Below are positions 51,405 through 60,699 of a stretch of 64,000 bases of DNA, piece after piece; the first letter of the stretch is position 1, and every line of letters starts with the position of its first letter. This DNA is from Ignisphaera sp. (GTDB lineage Archaea > Thermoproteota > Thermoprotei_A > Sulfolobales > Ignisphaeraceae), in the NCBI GenBank assembly GCA_038889075.1, contig JAWAHS010000002.1:140930-204929 (forward strand). The letters run 5' to 3'. Under the pieces are notes generated by a model, which saw nothing but the letters and a program-made list of their open reading frames with translations, made no database searches and was not told the origin of the DNA. The translations under genes and the position numbers were made by a program.

Positions 51405-53546
51405 ATGAAGATATCAAAAGAAAATGTAATCGATATTCTAAAAAGAGCTAAGGTAGACGCTCTCTCATTACCAATGGAACCACGCATAGATCATGCTGAT
51501 CATATAATCAAAACGTCGTTAATGGGATGGACGAAACTCGCAGCTGATCATATTTTACATCCAGAAATGGGTAGTTGTTTGATAGATGTTGTAGGTTCCC
51601 TTATTAGGAGAATAGGTCTACTTATTAGAAGTGAAAGAATAGATGATGGATCAAGTGCCGAGGAAGGGATAGTTCGAAGAGCAAGACTATATGATACTAT
51701 GTTTGAGATGGTATTCAATTTGGTTGGTGCTGAAAGTAGATGGGCAGGCTTTGCCTCAGAAATGGTTGAGCAGGTTGTGACGACCATCAAAAACGCATTT
51801 GATGAATGGGAGGATATTGAAAGAAGAGAGCTTGGTGAACCGATAGTTATTGAGGCCGTCATCGAACTTCAGCTCAGAGAGTTGATGAAGGTTAATAAAG
51901 GTAGGAGCCTTGTTGCAGAGATTGCACAAAGAGTTTCAAAGAAGGTATCGAAGTTAGGGTGTGCAAGAAGCTATATAGAGGCTATGATATATGAAATCAG
52001 AAATAACTTCTATAGAAAGGCATACGATTTAAACCTTTGCAAGTTTGGTAACGATTACGCACTTGGCTTGCGATTCTTGAGACATCTAGGATTTGTTCAA
52101 GTTTCGACAAATCCTGTATTAGCGGCTAGAGCCTACGATGATGATTCTGAGCTATGGAGTAGGTTTAGGAAATATGCAGAGGAAATTCTCGTGAAGGAGC
52201 ATCCAGAATGGTTTAGAGAGCCTGAGAGATACGCTGACGATATAACCATGGAGGCAACCAGGTTTGCACTACTAGATAATTTCTACGTATTTAGGATACC
52301 ATTTATACTATCAAAGTATCATGATGGTCTGGTGAGCTATCAATTAAATCCACTGATTGCACATGACGTTGAGAAGAGTGTGGAAGCTGTAAAAATATTT
52401 GCCACTAGATTGGAGAAAGATCTAGCAATATACGATGAATATCTCTGGTGGGGTTATAGTGTTCCTGAGAAGGGAAGACCGGATCTTGTTATAAAGGTAG
52501 CAGCAGCATATCCTGCAGCAATTGAAATTGCCGAGAGGATAAACGAAATGGGTGTAGGTCAGAATATTACGGTAAGCTACACTGTTAGTCAGGAGGTTCT
52601 GATAGGTGTTGCTGCTATGAAGGGTATGGCAAAGGCTATAAAGAAAGGAATTATGCCGACCCAAACCTACGATACAAACATGGGTGGTAGATTGGAGGAT
52701 CACCTTAGGGAAGATATAGCTGCCAGACTTCTTCTAAAGGGGTTGGAGAAGGTAGAGGAGCATAGAAGGTGGGCTGTATTAGATAAATTAGCAAAAGGTC
52801 TAGGAGTAAAGGAGGATGTATGGGGTGAGGTGAAGAGAAAAGGTCTGAAGAGTGCTGTAGATCACCTATGTAGTCATAGGGTACTGGGCAGGAATATGGT
52901 AAGAGATCCATATATAGATGCGCTGGTGGAGCTGAATATCTATGGTACTAGAGAGGAGACGTTGAAAAATGTTAAGATGCTTGAAGAGGCTATAGAGCTT
53001 TCGGGAACCTTTGTAGCCCAGAGAGTATATGAGATACTATTCTCACCTTGGAATCGTGAAAAGTGGATAAACTACCTCATCAATGAAGTGGGTATTACCA
53101 GGGAACAGGCTGAAATAGTAATTGATAGAATAGATCTCCTTCCAGCATCTAAGAGAAAGCCTATCGACACCCTCTATACATTTGCTTCTAGGAATATGAC
53201 AAATACTGAGTTCCCCGATCACCAACTAAAGGTTGTAAATGAGGTTGCGGAGAAAGGTATAGAGCTCGATGAAATTAGGGAGTCTATATACCAGACCCTG
53301 GAGAATCGATACCTAGAGATATTGATGCAGTATGAGGATTTTGTAAAAGCATACGAATCTTCTCCTGAGCTAAATGACCTCCTTAAGAAAGTTGGCATAG
53401 ATAAAGACTATGGGAATAGAGGTGTAAGTCCTGCTGATTGGCCAAGGTACGGACCGTGTGTAAAGACTATGAATGAATTCACTAATGAGTACCTAGCATT
53501 TAGATCAAAGGTTGTAGAACTTATAAAAACTATATCATCTCCATAA
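51405..53546 (+). CDS. Transaldolase/FSA-family protein with a long N-terminal extension
   Basis: GND, STNP, VSYQLNP, Schiff-base VIKV, NITVSY, GGRLED. Confidence 0.75.
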   Translation: MKISKENVIDILKRAKVDALSLPMEPRIDHADHIIKTSLMGWTKLAADHILHPEMGSCLIDVVGSLIRRIGLLIRSERIDDGSSAEEGIVRRARLYDTMFEMVFNLVGAESRWAGFASEMVEQVVTTIKNAFDEWEDIERRELGEPIVIEAVIELQLRELMKVNKGRSLVAEIAQRVSKKVSKLGCARSYIEAMIYEIRNNFYRKAYDLNLCKFGNDYALGLRFLRHLGFVQVSTNPVLAARAYDDDSELWSRFRKYAEEILVKEHPEWFREPERYADDITMEATRFALLDNFYVFRIPFILSKYHDGLVSYQLNPLIAHDVEKSVEAVKIFATRLEKDLAIYDEYLWWGYSVPEKGRPDLVIKVAAAYPAAIEIAERINEMGVGQNITVSYTVSQEVLIGVAAMKGMAKAIKKGIMPTQTYDTNMGGRLEDHLREDIAARLLLKGLEKVEEHRRWAVLDKLAKGLGVKEDVWGEVKRKGLKSAVDHLCSHRVLGRNMVRDPYIDALVELNIYGTREETLKNVKMLEEAIELSGTFVAQRVYEILFSPWNREKWINYLINEVGITREQAEIVIDRIDLLPASKRKPIDTLYTFASRNMTNTEFPDHQLKVVNEVAEKGIELDEIRESIYQTLENRYLEILMQYEDFVKAYESSPELNDLLKKVGIDKDYGNRGVSPADWPRYGPCVKTMNEFTNEYLAFRSKVVELIKTISSP

Positions 53547-53592
53547 CCAGCTTTACAACAATTAACTTAGTATTGTTTGGTGGTCTACCCCC

Positions 53593-54876
53593 TTGTCCAA
53601 GTTGTATAGTGAGTTATTTGGGGAAATAAAGGATATACCAGTTATCGATGTACATCAACATCTGAACCCATTATCACTCTCGGCTAAGAGTATTGATGAT
53701 ATTGTGTTCTACCACTATATAGTAACAGAACTTGCATCCTCTGGTATGTCTAGAGAGCTTCTCGAAAGGTATAGAGGGGTTGAGAGGTTAAAGGTAGCAG
53801 CAAACTACATCAAGTACATAAGGAATACCTCTACCTTCTGGTGCTTAAAGTCTATACTCAGAGATCTCTATGGTTTCGAACTAAGAGGTTTAGAGCCAAG
53901 TAATGTAGAGGAGCTGGTTACCGCAGTTAGTCAGAAATTTAGCGATGAGACATGGGCTAAGCACATCTTAAGGGATAGAGTTCCCGTAGAAAAGTCGTTT
54001 CTAACAATAAATCCACTTGAAAGGATGGTACAATATGACAGGGAGCTGTTTACAGGAGCTCTAAGAATGGATCCAATACTACCTAACTTGACCCAGTCTG
54101 GTTTAAGGCATTTAGAGGGGATATTATCGCTAGAGATAGTAAATTCCAGTATACTTGAAGAGGCGATTATAGCCATCCTTAAGAGATTTATAGGAAGTAT
54201 TGTGGCTGTTACAATAAATGTTCAGCCAGACGACGAATTCATCTCTCTAGCTACTAGTAGAAGCGATAAATCTACTGTAGATACTTACCTGAGTGTCTTA
54301 AGATCACAAGGTATACTAGATCCTCTAGCTAGAAGTACCATTGCATCATATATTCTTAGAATCGTACTTGGATTCTGTGAAGAACAGAAGTTAGCTGTTC
54401 AATTGATGCTAGGTGTAAAGAGACCTGTAGCAGGTGCCTCACCACCAGATTATGCTATAACTCTATTCAATCCCCGTCAGATTATTGATCTAGCGAAACT
54501 CTTTTCAGCATATCCAGCCGTAAAATTCGATGTATTTATAGCAGATGCTTTGATGAATCATCCAATGACAGTTATAGCCAAGAACTACCCCAACGTTTAT
54601 CTAAGTGGATACTGGTGGTACTCTATGTATCCAGAATTGATTAGATCATACCTCCGTTTAAGACTTCAGATGCTACCATATAATAAAATAGGCGGATTCT
54701 TTAGCGATGCATATATAGCAGACTGGGTCTATGGAAAGGCAGTGCTAGCCAAGAGTCAGTTAGCACATATATTGACAAACTTTATTGAAGAGGGATTCAT
54801 AGACAAGGAAACAGCACTTGAGATAGCAAGAGCACTTCTAAATGAAAATGCAAAGTCTCTATACAACCTGATATAG
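53593..54876 (+). CDS. uxaC: Uronate (glucuronate) isomerase
   Basis: IDVHQHL, YHY...EL, QLMLG, WWY, FSDAY. Confidence 0.8.
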   Translation: MSKLYSELFGEIKDIPVIDVHQHLNPLSLSAKSIDDIVFYHYIVTELASSGMSRELLERYRGVERLKVAANYIKYIRNTSTFWCLKSILRDLYGFELRGLEPSNVEELVTAVSQKFSDETWAKHILRDRVPVEKSFLTINPLERMVQYDRELFTGALRMDPILPNLTQSGLRHLEGILSLEIVNSSILEEAIIAILKRFIGSIVAVTINVQPDDEFISLATSRSDKSTVDTYLSVLRSQGILDPLARSTIASYILRIVLGFCEEQKLAVQLMLGVKRPVAGASPPDYAITLFNPRQIIDLAKLFSAYPAVKFDVFIADALMNHPMTVIAKNYPNVYLSGYWWYSMYPELIRSYLRLRLQMLPYNKIGGFFSDAYIADWVYGKAVLAKSQLAHILTNFIEEGFIDKETALEIARALLNENAKSLYNLI

Positions 54877-54960
54877 CATTTTTAAGATTCTTAAAAGGAT
54901 TGTCTATTAGGGCAAACCTTATATATCTAATCCCTCTTCTATAGCATGCTGTGAACAGAG

Positions 54961-56700
54961 TTGAAATCGTGGTTCAGACCTAGAATACCTCTCGATGGTT
55001 TTTGGAAATTCAAAATGGATAGGGAACTGGTTGGCGATAGAGAGGAGTGGTATAGAGGGTTTAGCTCAGCTGATCTCATATATGTTCCATCATCTTGGAA
55101 TGAACAAAATCCAGAATGGGATCAATTCACTGGTGTGGCTTGGTATCAGAGGGATTTCTATGTCGATGGTTCTCTAAAAGGTAAGCTAGCATGGATTATC
55201 TTCGATGGTGCTGGATACAGGGCTAGGGTATGGGTGAACGGCAATTTCATAGGGGAACACGAGGGGTCATTTACACAGTTTAGATTTGGTGTTGGCAGCA
55301 TCAAATATGGTGATTTAAATAGAATTGTTGTTAGGATAGACAATACACCATCGGTATCCGACTTACCTCCAGCAAGGGAGCTTAATGTAACAGCTTTTGA
55401 CTTCTTTCACTATGGGGGTATCCATAGACCTACATACTTAGAGTTTACAGATACGTGCTATGTTGACGACGTCACCATAAATGCGGGTGGCGATGGAAGC
55501 TTTAAGACATCCATTGATATAGTATGCAACAGACGTGTTGATGTAAAGCTTGCTTTAATGGATAAGGAGTTGTCAGAGGTATTGTTTGAGGAGATGATAA
55601 GAGATGTTGAACCTGGTCAATTCAGATATGAGAGGAGATTCGATGGTGTCAGGCCGTGGAGTCCTGAAGATCCGAATCTATATAACTTTGTTGTTGAGAT
55701 CTATACAGATGGTGTTATGAGGGACTCGGTTTATGAACGTATAGGGTTTAGAACTATTGAAGTTAGAGGGGGGAAGATATATTTAAATGGACGACCAGTA
55801 TTCCTCAAGGGGTTTGGCAGACATGAAGATTTCCCAGTACTGGGTAAGTACATGCATGGTGCAGTTCTCATAAGAGACTTCTACCTAATGAAGAAAATAG
55901 GTGCCAATTCCTTTAGAACCACACACTATCCATATTCAAATGAACATCTAGATCTAGCTGACGAATTTGGCTTTATGGTGATTCTAGAGCCCCCGCTATG
56001 CTACTCAGGTATGGATCGTATACTTAGTAGAGAGGAGATAGCGAAACTCTTTAGTAGTGAGGAATACTTCACGAAGGCAAGAAGATTTGTTGAGGAGATG
56101 GTGAAGCAACATAAGAATAGACCATCAGTAATAATGTATAGTGTAACAAACGAACCGCCAAGCGATATACCAGAGGTAGCAGAATTTATAAAAAGAATGG
56201 CTCATCTCTTTAAAGAGCTGGATCCTTCAAGGCCAACAACATTTGCCTCTCATAGATCCATCAGAGATCTCGCCCTAGGTCATGTAGATGTGATATCGCT
56301 TAACTATTATCGTGGCTGGTACTCCGAATGGGGTGATATAGCAAGGGGTACTGAAGTTATGCTAAAAGAGGTAGAGCAAATCCATCAGAGATTTCCAGAA
56401 AAACCGATAATTATAACAGAATTTGGAGCAGATGCCTATCTAGGACTACACAGCGATCCACCACAGATGTGGTCAGAGGAATACCAGGCAGAAATGATTA
56501 GAAGCTATGTTGAGGTGCTGAGTAAGAGGGATTATGTAGTAGGGTTACATATATGGAATTTCGCAGACTTTAGAACCCCGCAGAATCCACTAAGAACAAT
56601 ATTGAATAGAAAAGGAATCTACAGCAGAGATAGACAGCCAAAGCTATCAGCATTAATATTATCAAAACTATTTAAAAATATACCCACATTCATAGAATAG
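54961..56700 (+). CDS. uidA: Beta-glucuronidase (GH2)
   Basis: DFFHYGGIHR, GFGRHED, FRTTHYP, acid/base TNEP, nucleophile TEFGAD, WNFADF, and the glucuronidase-type NRKG motif. Confidence 0.9.
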   Translation: MKSWFRPRIPLDGFWKFKMDRELVGDREEWYRGFSSADLIYVPSSWNEQNPEWDQFTGVAWYQRDFYVDGSLKGKLAWIIFDGAGYRARVWVNGNFIGEHEGSFTQFRFGVGSIKYGDLNRIVVRIDNTPSVSDLPPARELNVTAFDFFHYGGIHRPTYLEFTDTCYVDDVTINAGGDGSFKTSIDIVCNRRVDVKLALMDKELSEVLFEEMIRDVEPGQFRYERRFDGVRPWSPEDPNLYNFVVEIYTDGVMRDSVYERIGFRTIEVRGGKIYLNGRPVFLKGFGRHEDFPVLGKYMHGAVLIRDFYLMKKIGANSFRTTHYPYSNEHLDLADEFGFMVILEPPLCYSGMDRILSREEIAKLFSSEEYFTKARRFVEEMVKQHKNRPSVIMYSVTNEPPSDIPEVAEFIKRMAHLFKELDPSRPTTFASHRSIRDLALGHVDVISLNYYRGWYSEWGDIARGTEVMLKEVEQIHQRFPEKPIIITEFGADAYLGLHSDPPQMWSEEYQAEMIRSYVEVLSKRDYVVGLHIWNFADFRTPQNPLRTILNRKGIYSRDRQPKLSALILSKLFKNIPTFIE

Positions 56701-56822
56701 TTTTCTTTAACATAATAATCTCTGTAATACTATTACGCAGCATATCATCATAATAGTGCTAGAGACCGACTAAGACCATAAAGATTTATATAGCTGTTCT
56801 TTCCGTTACCATACTGGAATGG

Positions 56823-59234
56823 GTGCTGCAGATGATATTAGGTAGAACCCTCGCCTCTATACTTATAGCTACAATTATAATTTTATCACTTCTATCAACA
56901 GTCACCATACAGAATCTAAATGCACAGCTTGCGTTGCCACCAGGCGTTAAAAGAGAGGAAACCGTTATCTTCGATGTTCAGATAAGTAGCGTTGCCAATC
57001 CAGATAACTGGAATCCCTGGGTTATAGGCACACAGGCTACAGTTATAGGTATTAACCAAGTCTGTATGTCACCACTCTACTACACTGACTACAAGGATGG
57101 TGTGACAAAGCCGTGGGTTGCAGAAAGCCTACCCACCTACAGCCCTGACTTTAAGGAGCTAACAATAAAGATTGTAAAAGGCATATACTGGAGTGATGGA
57201 ACACCATTTACAGCCAGGGATATCGTGTATGCTATAAATGTCTCTAAAGCAAATAGTAAGCTAAGTCCATATGCAACCCTAAATGCATGGGTGGAGTCTG
57301 CATGGGTTGTAGACGACTATACGCTTACCATAAGGCTCAAAACTCCAAATCCATACTTCCACTACATGGCCTTTACCTTGATAGGCCCCGGCATATACAA
57401 CTACATGATGCCGAAACACTACTTTGATGCCAACGGTATTACCGCAGAAAATGCGCACACATTTCTCTACAACCCACCGCTGTGTATAGGACCATATGTA
57501 CTCCACTCATACGACCCTGGCGGTACGTGGTTCCTGTGGAAGAGAAGGGATGACTGGGACAGGTCCTCAATTAAGCCACTCTACGATAAAAAGATTGTTC
57601 TATGGCCTGGCCCCAAGTATGTTATGTTTAGAGTGTTTAAGACCGAGACGGATAAGATTGTAGCAATGGCTAGAGGAGAACTCGATTGGATTTTTGATGC
57701 CACTTGGCAGGCATGGGAGTCTCTAAAGAGGATGCTTGGTGATAGGGTGCAGGCATGGTTACCGTATTATCCATATTTCTGGGGCTATGATACAACAGTT
57801 AGAGGTATATACTTTAACAATATGAGGTATCCATATAACATAACTATGGTTAGATGGGCACTCACACTAGCCATAAACATGACGGAGGTTATGACAATAG
57901 GGTATAAGGGTGTGCAGAGAATGACTGTAGTACCGAGTGCTGCTGCATGGCCAGCGGAGGCATTCCTAACATACACACTTTTACTAGACGATCTACTCAA
58001 CATGGAGCTAACACTACCAAATGGATCAAAGATTAAGGTTTACGATCCATCACATCCAATTAGAGTATATCAATGGGCTAGAGCCACAGGTCTACTAACA
58101 AAGGACTTAACGGAATCTGAAATTAGGTGGAACTGGGGTGCTGGATGGTGGAGATACGCACCAGATGCAGCAGAACAGATATTAAGAAGTCTGGGATTCT
58201 CTAGAGGACCAGACAAAAAATGGAGGCTTCCAGATGGAACACCATGGAAAATGAAGTTAAATATACCTGCAGGTTTCGAATTTGATGCCATAGATCTAGG
58301 TCTAGCTGTTGCAGAACAGTGGAGGAAATTTGGAATAGATGTAGAGGTAATACCACTAGAGGCAGCAACATTCTGGACTCCTCAATTAAACTATGGAGCA
58401 TTTGAAGTAGGTTCATACTGGGGTACAAGTGGAAATGATCCTAATGCAATACCAATACACCTCGAAGGATGGAGATGCGCCTACGTAAAGCCCATAGGGG
58501 AGTATTCACCAAATGGTGCGAGATACTGTAATCCAAAGTTTGATGAAGCACTACTAAAAGCTATGACCAATCCACCAGGAACCCCTGAAATGATAAATTC
58601 TCTGAAGGAGGCTATACTAACAATGATTAAAGATATGCCAGTTGCATGGGCTGGAAACTGTAAAAAGCTACTACCGGTCCTAACAGACTACTGGACCAAC
58701 TGGCCATCAGCCTACAACTTCTATACAGGTATCAAACTATGGGGTAATCAAATGGCACAGCAGGTAATAGGCAACCTAATACCAGTTAAATCAACTATAG
58801 ATACTCCAACAAGTAGACCTATAAATGAACCACCACCAGGCACGATAACATTCCCAGCACTTCCAGAAGAAGCGATGAAGAAACTAGCAGCAGCCTTGGT
58901 AAAGCCTACCCCTACCCCGACTCCAACGCCAACACCTACACCATCTCCTACTCCTAGGCCAACCCCGACACCTACCCCAACACCTACCCCAACCCCAACA
59001 CCTACCCCAACACCTACTCCTTCGCCTACTCCTGTGCCTGGTGCTGTAACAGTTACCGTTACTAGAACAGAAACAGCAACAGTAACATCAACAGCAGTAG
59101 TAACATCAACAGCAGTATCAACAACAACAGCAACAAAAACAGAGACAGTAACAGAATGGACAACAACAACAGCACTAGCAATAGCACTACTAATAATAGG
59201 AATAGCAATAGGATGGTTCATAAAAAGAAAATAG
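56823..59234 (+). CDS. Family 5 (Opp/Dpp-type) ABC substrate-binding protein, probably for oligosaccharides, with a PT/T-rich linker and C-terminal TM anchor
   Basis: Signal peptide, WSDGTPFTARD, IGPY, VRWAL..AIN, PT repeats, terminal TM helix plus KRK. Confidence 0.9.
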   Translation: MLQMILGRTLASILIATIIILSLLSTVTIQNLNAQLALPPGVKREETVIFDVQISSVANPDNWNPWVIGTQATVIGINQVCMSPLYYTDYKDGVTKPWVAESLPTYSPDFKELTIKIVKGIYWSDGTPFTARDIVYAINVSKANSKLSPYATLNAWVESAWVVDDYTLTIRLKTPNPYFHYMAFTLIGPGIYNYMMPKHYFDANGITAENAHTFLYNPPLCIGPYVLHSYDPGGTWFLWKRRDDWDRSSIKPLYDKKIVLWPGPKYVMFRVFKTETDKIVAMARGELDWIFDATWQAWESLKRMLGDRVQAWLPYYPYFWGYDTTVRGIYFNNMRYPYNITMVRWALTLAINMTEVMTIGYKGVQRMTVVPSAAAWPAEAFLTYTLLLDDLLNMELTLPNGSKIKVYDPSHPIRVYQWARATGLLTKDLTESEIRWNWGAGWWRYAPDAAEQILRSLGFSRGPDKKWRLPDGTPWKMKLNIPAGFEFDAIDLGLAVAEQWRKFGIDVEVIPLEAATFWTPQLNYGAFEVGSYWGTSGNDPNAIPIHLEGWRCAYVKPIGEYSPNGARYCNPKFDEALLKAMTNPPGTPEMINSLKEAILTMIKDMPVAWAGNCKKLLPVLTDYWTNWPSAYNFYTGIKLWGNQMAQQVIGNLIPVKSTIDTPTSRPINEPPPGTITFPALPEEAMKKLAAALVKPTPTPTPTPTPTPSPTPRPTPTPTPTPTPTPTPTPTPTPSPTPVPGAVTVTVTRTETATVTSTAVVTSTAVSTTTATKTETVTEWTTTTALAIALLIIGIAIGWFIKRK
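58905..59033 (+). repeat. Pro-Thr dipeptide repeat coding region
   Basis: About 20 (P-T/S/R) units with varied codons. Confidence 0.85.
59082..59117 (+). repeat. 18-bp tandem duplication (VTSTAV x2)
   Basis: GTAACATCAACAGCAGTA occurs twice, exactly. Confidence 0.9.
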
Positions 59235-59246
59235 AATAAAAAGAAA

Positions 59247-59253
59247 TTTTTTT
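59247..59253 (+). terminator. Oligo-T terminator after the binding-protein gene
   Basis: T7 run 13 nt after the stop codon. Confidence 0.5.
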
Positions 59254-59293
59254 AAATTTCAAACTACTACTTTTTATTCATTAGGTGTTTTTA

Positions 59294-60211
59294 ATGGTTA
59301 TAGAGAGGCTTATGGATGGATTTAGAGTTAAGGTATTTTATGTTAATGATATTATTATTGGTATCGCATTGGATATCGGTCCTAGGATACTGTATCTAGC
59401 TCCTAAGGAAAGACCAGAGCTCAATCTATTTAGCATTTTACCTGATTTTGGTGTTAGTACTGAGGAAGGGTTTTGGAGAATATATGGAGGTCATAGGCTT
59501 TGGGTTTCACCTGAGGCGATGCCGAGATCCTATTCCCTTGATGACAAGGGTATCTCAGTCGAGGTTAAGGAGGATAATATTGTGGTGGTAGGTAATCCAG
59601 AACCGCAGAATTGTATTTTGAAAAGTATTGTAATAAAGCCCTCTTCTGTGAGTGGAGTTATTGAAGTTGTTCACAATATTACCAATATTGGTAGATGGCC
59701 TTTAGAGTTTTCTTGTTGGGCTCTCTCAGTTATGAAAAGGGGAGGATTTGCTATAGTACCTATAAAGCCTATGCCCGTTAATGGTAAGGGTCTTCTACCC
59801 GATAGAGTGCTATCTATATGGCCCTATACAAGGCTAACAGATGAAAGGTTCATTCTTTCAGATAATTACATATTTGTAGTTCAAAATCCGTCCATAGAAA
59901 GGCCGTTTAAAATAGGAGCCAGGGCGAATCCTCCATGGATAGGTTATTACGTAGATGGTTATGTCTTCGTAAAAATGTTTAGATATGAAAAAGAACTGTA
60001 TCCTGATTTCAATGTCTCGGTAGAGGTTTATACAAATAATCTATTCCTAGAGCTTGAAACAATAGGACCCTTGAGGAGGATAGATCCAGGTGGAACCAAT
60101 ATACATACTGAGTTTTGGAAAATTGTAAAGGTAGGTGATCTAAAGCCCAACGAAAACGATATAGTGAATAAATTAGAGCCTATTTTAGGTTCACTGTTTT
60201 CTAACTCTTAG
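59294..60211 (+). CDS. Conserved hypothetical protein (DUF4380-like / aldose-epimerase-like)
   Basis: GPRIL, YGGHRLW.SPE, ELET.GP...H.E.W; located in the sugar cluster. Confidence 0.65.
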   Translation: MVIERLMDGFRVKVFYVNDIIIGIALDIGPRILYLAPKERPELNLFSILPDFGVSTEEGFWRIYGGHRLWVSPEAMPRSYSLDDKGISVEVKEDNIVVVGNPEPQNCILKSIVIKPSSVSGVIEVVHNITNIGRWPLEFSCWALSVMKRGGFAIVPIKPMPVNGKGLLPDRVLSIWPYTRLTDERFILSDNYIFVVQNPSIERPFKIGARANPPWIGYYVDGYVFVKMFRYEKELYPDFNVSVEVYTNNLFLELETIGPLRRIDPGGTNIHTEFWKIVKVGDLKPNENDIVNKLEPILGSLFSNS

Positions 60212-60699
60212 CTAATCCTAAGTTACCTTGGTTAAAAATAGAGGATTACAGAAAATACATCATTTACTGATCCATAGTTATGGTTATCTAATTCCACATT
60301 AGATTATGCTAATCTAGACAGGGTTTTCCTTTACTATTAAATATTCCAATCTCATTTTAGGTTTAGTACCACAGGTTCTACTACGACTTGAAGGTAGTAG
60401 TCGAGAATAAGACAGTAATACAGATTTATTTAAGATTAGCTTAGGGTATTTGCCGACGAACTCCTATAGATTATGTAATCAAATACATTATACCAGCTTT
60501 CCTTTAAATACTGTTAGGGATAATGGTATCGGTTTAGATTGTTGAAACGGTATTTATATTATGTTAATAAATTTACGAAGCGTTGTAGAAGTATTCTATG
60601 CTAAGTACAATGTATAATAGTATATACCAGAATTAGTGTTTTTAAATAGAGTCATAAAGCAGAAAATTTATACGTAGGTTTCAAATCTACCTAAGTTAG

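Noticed and set aside
58748-59221. 157-aa Gly/Val-repeat ORF on the minus strand
   Set aside because: It is the antisense reading of the PT/T-rich linker.
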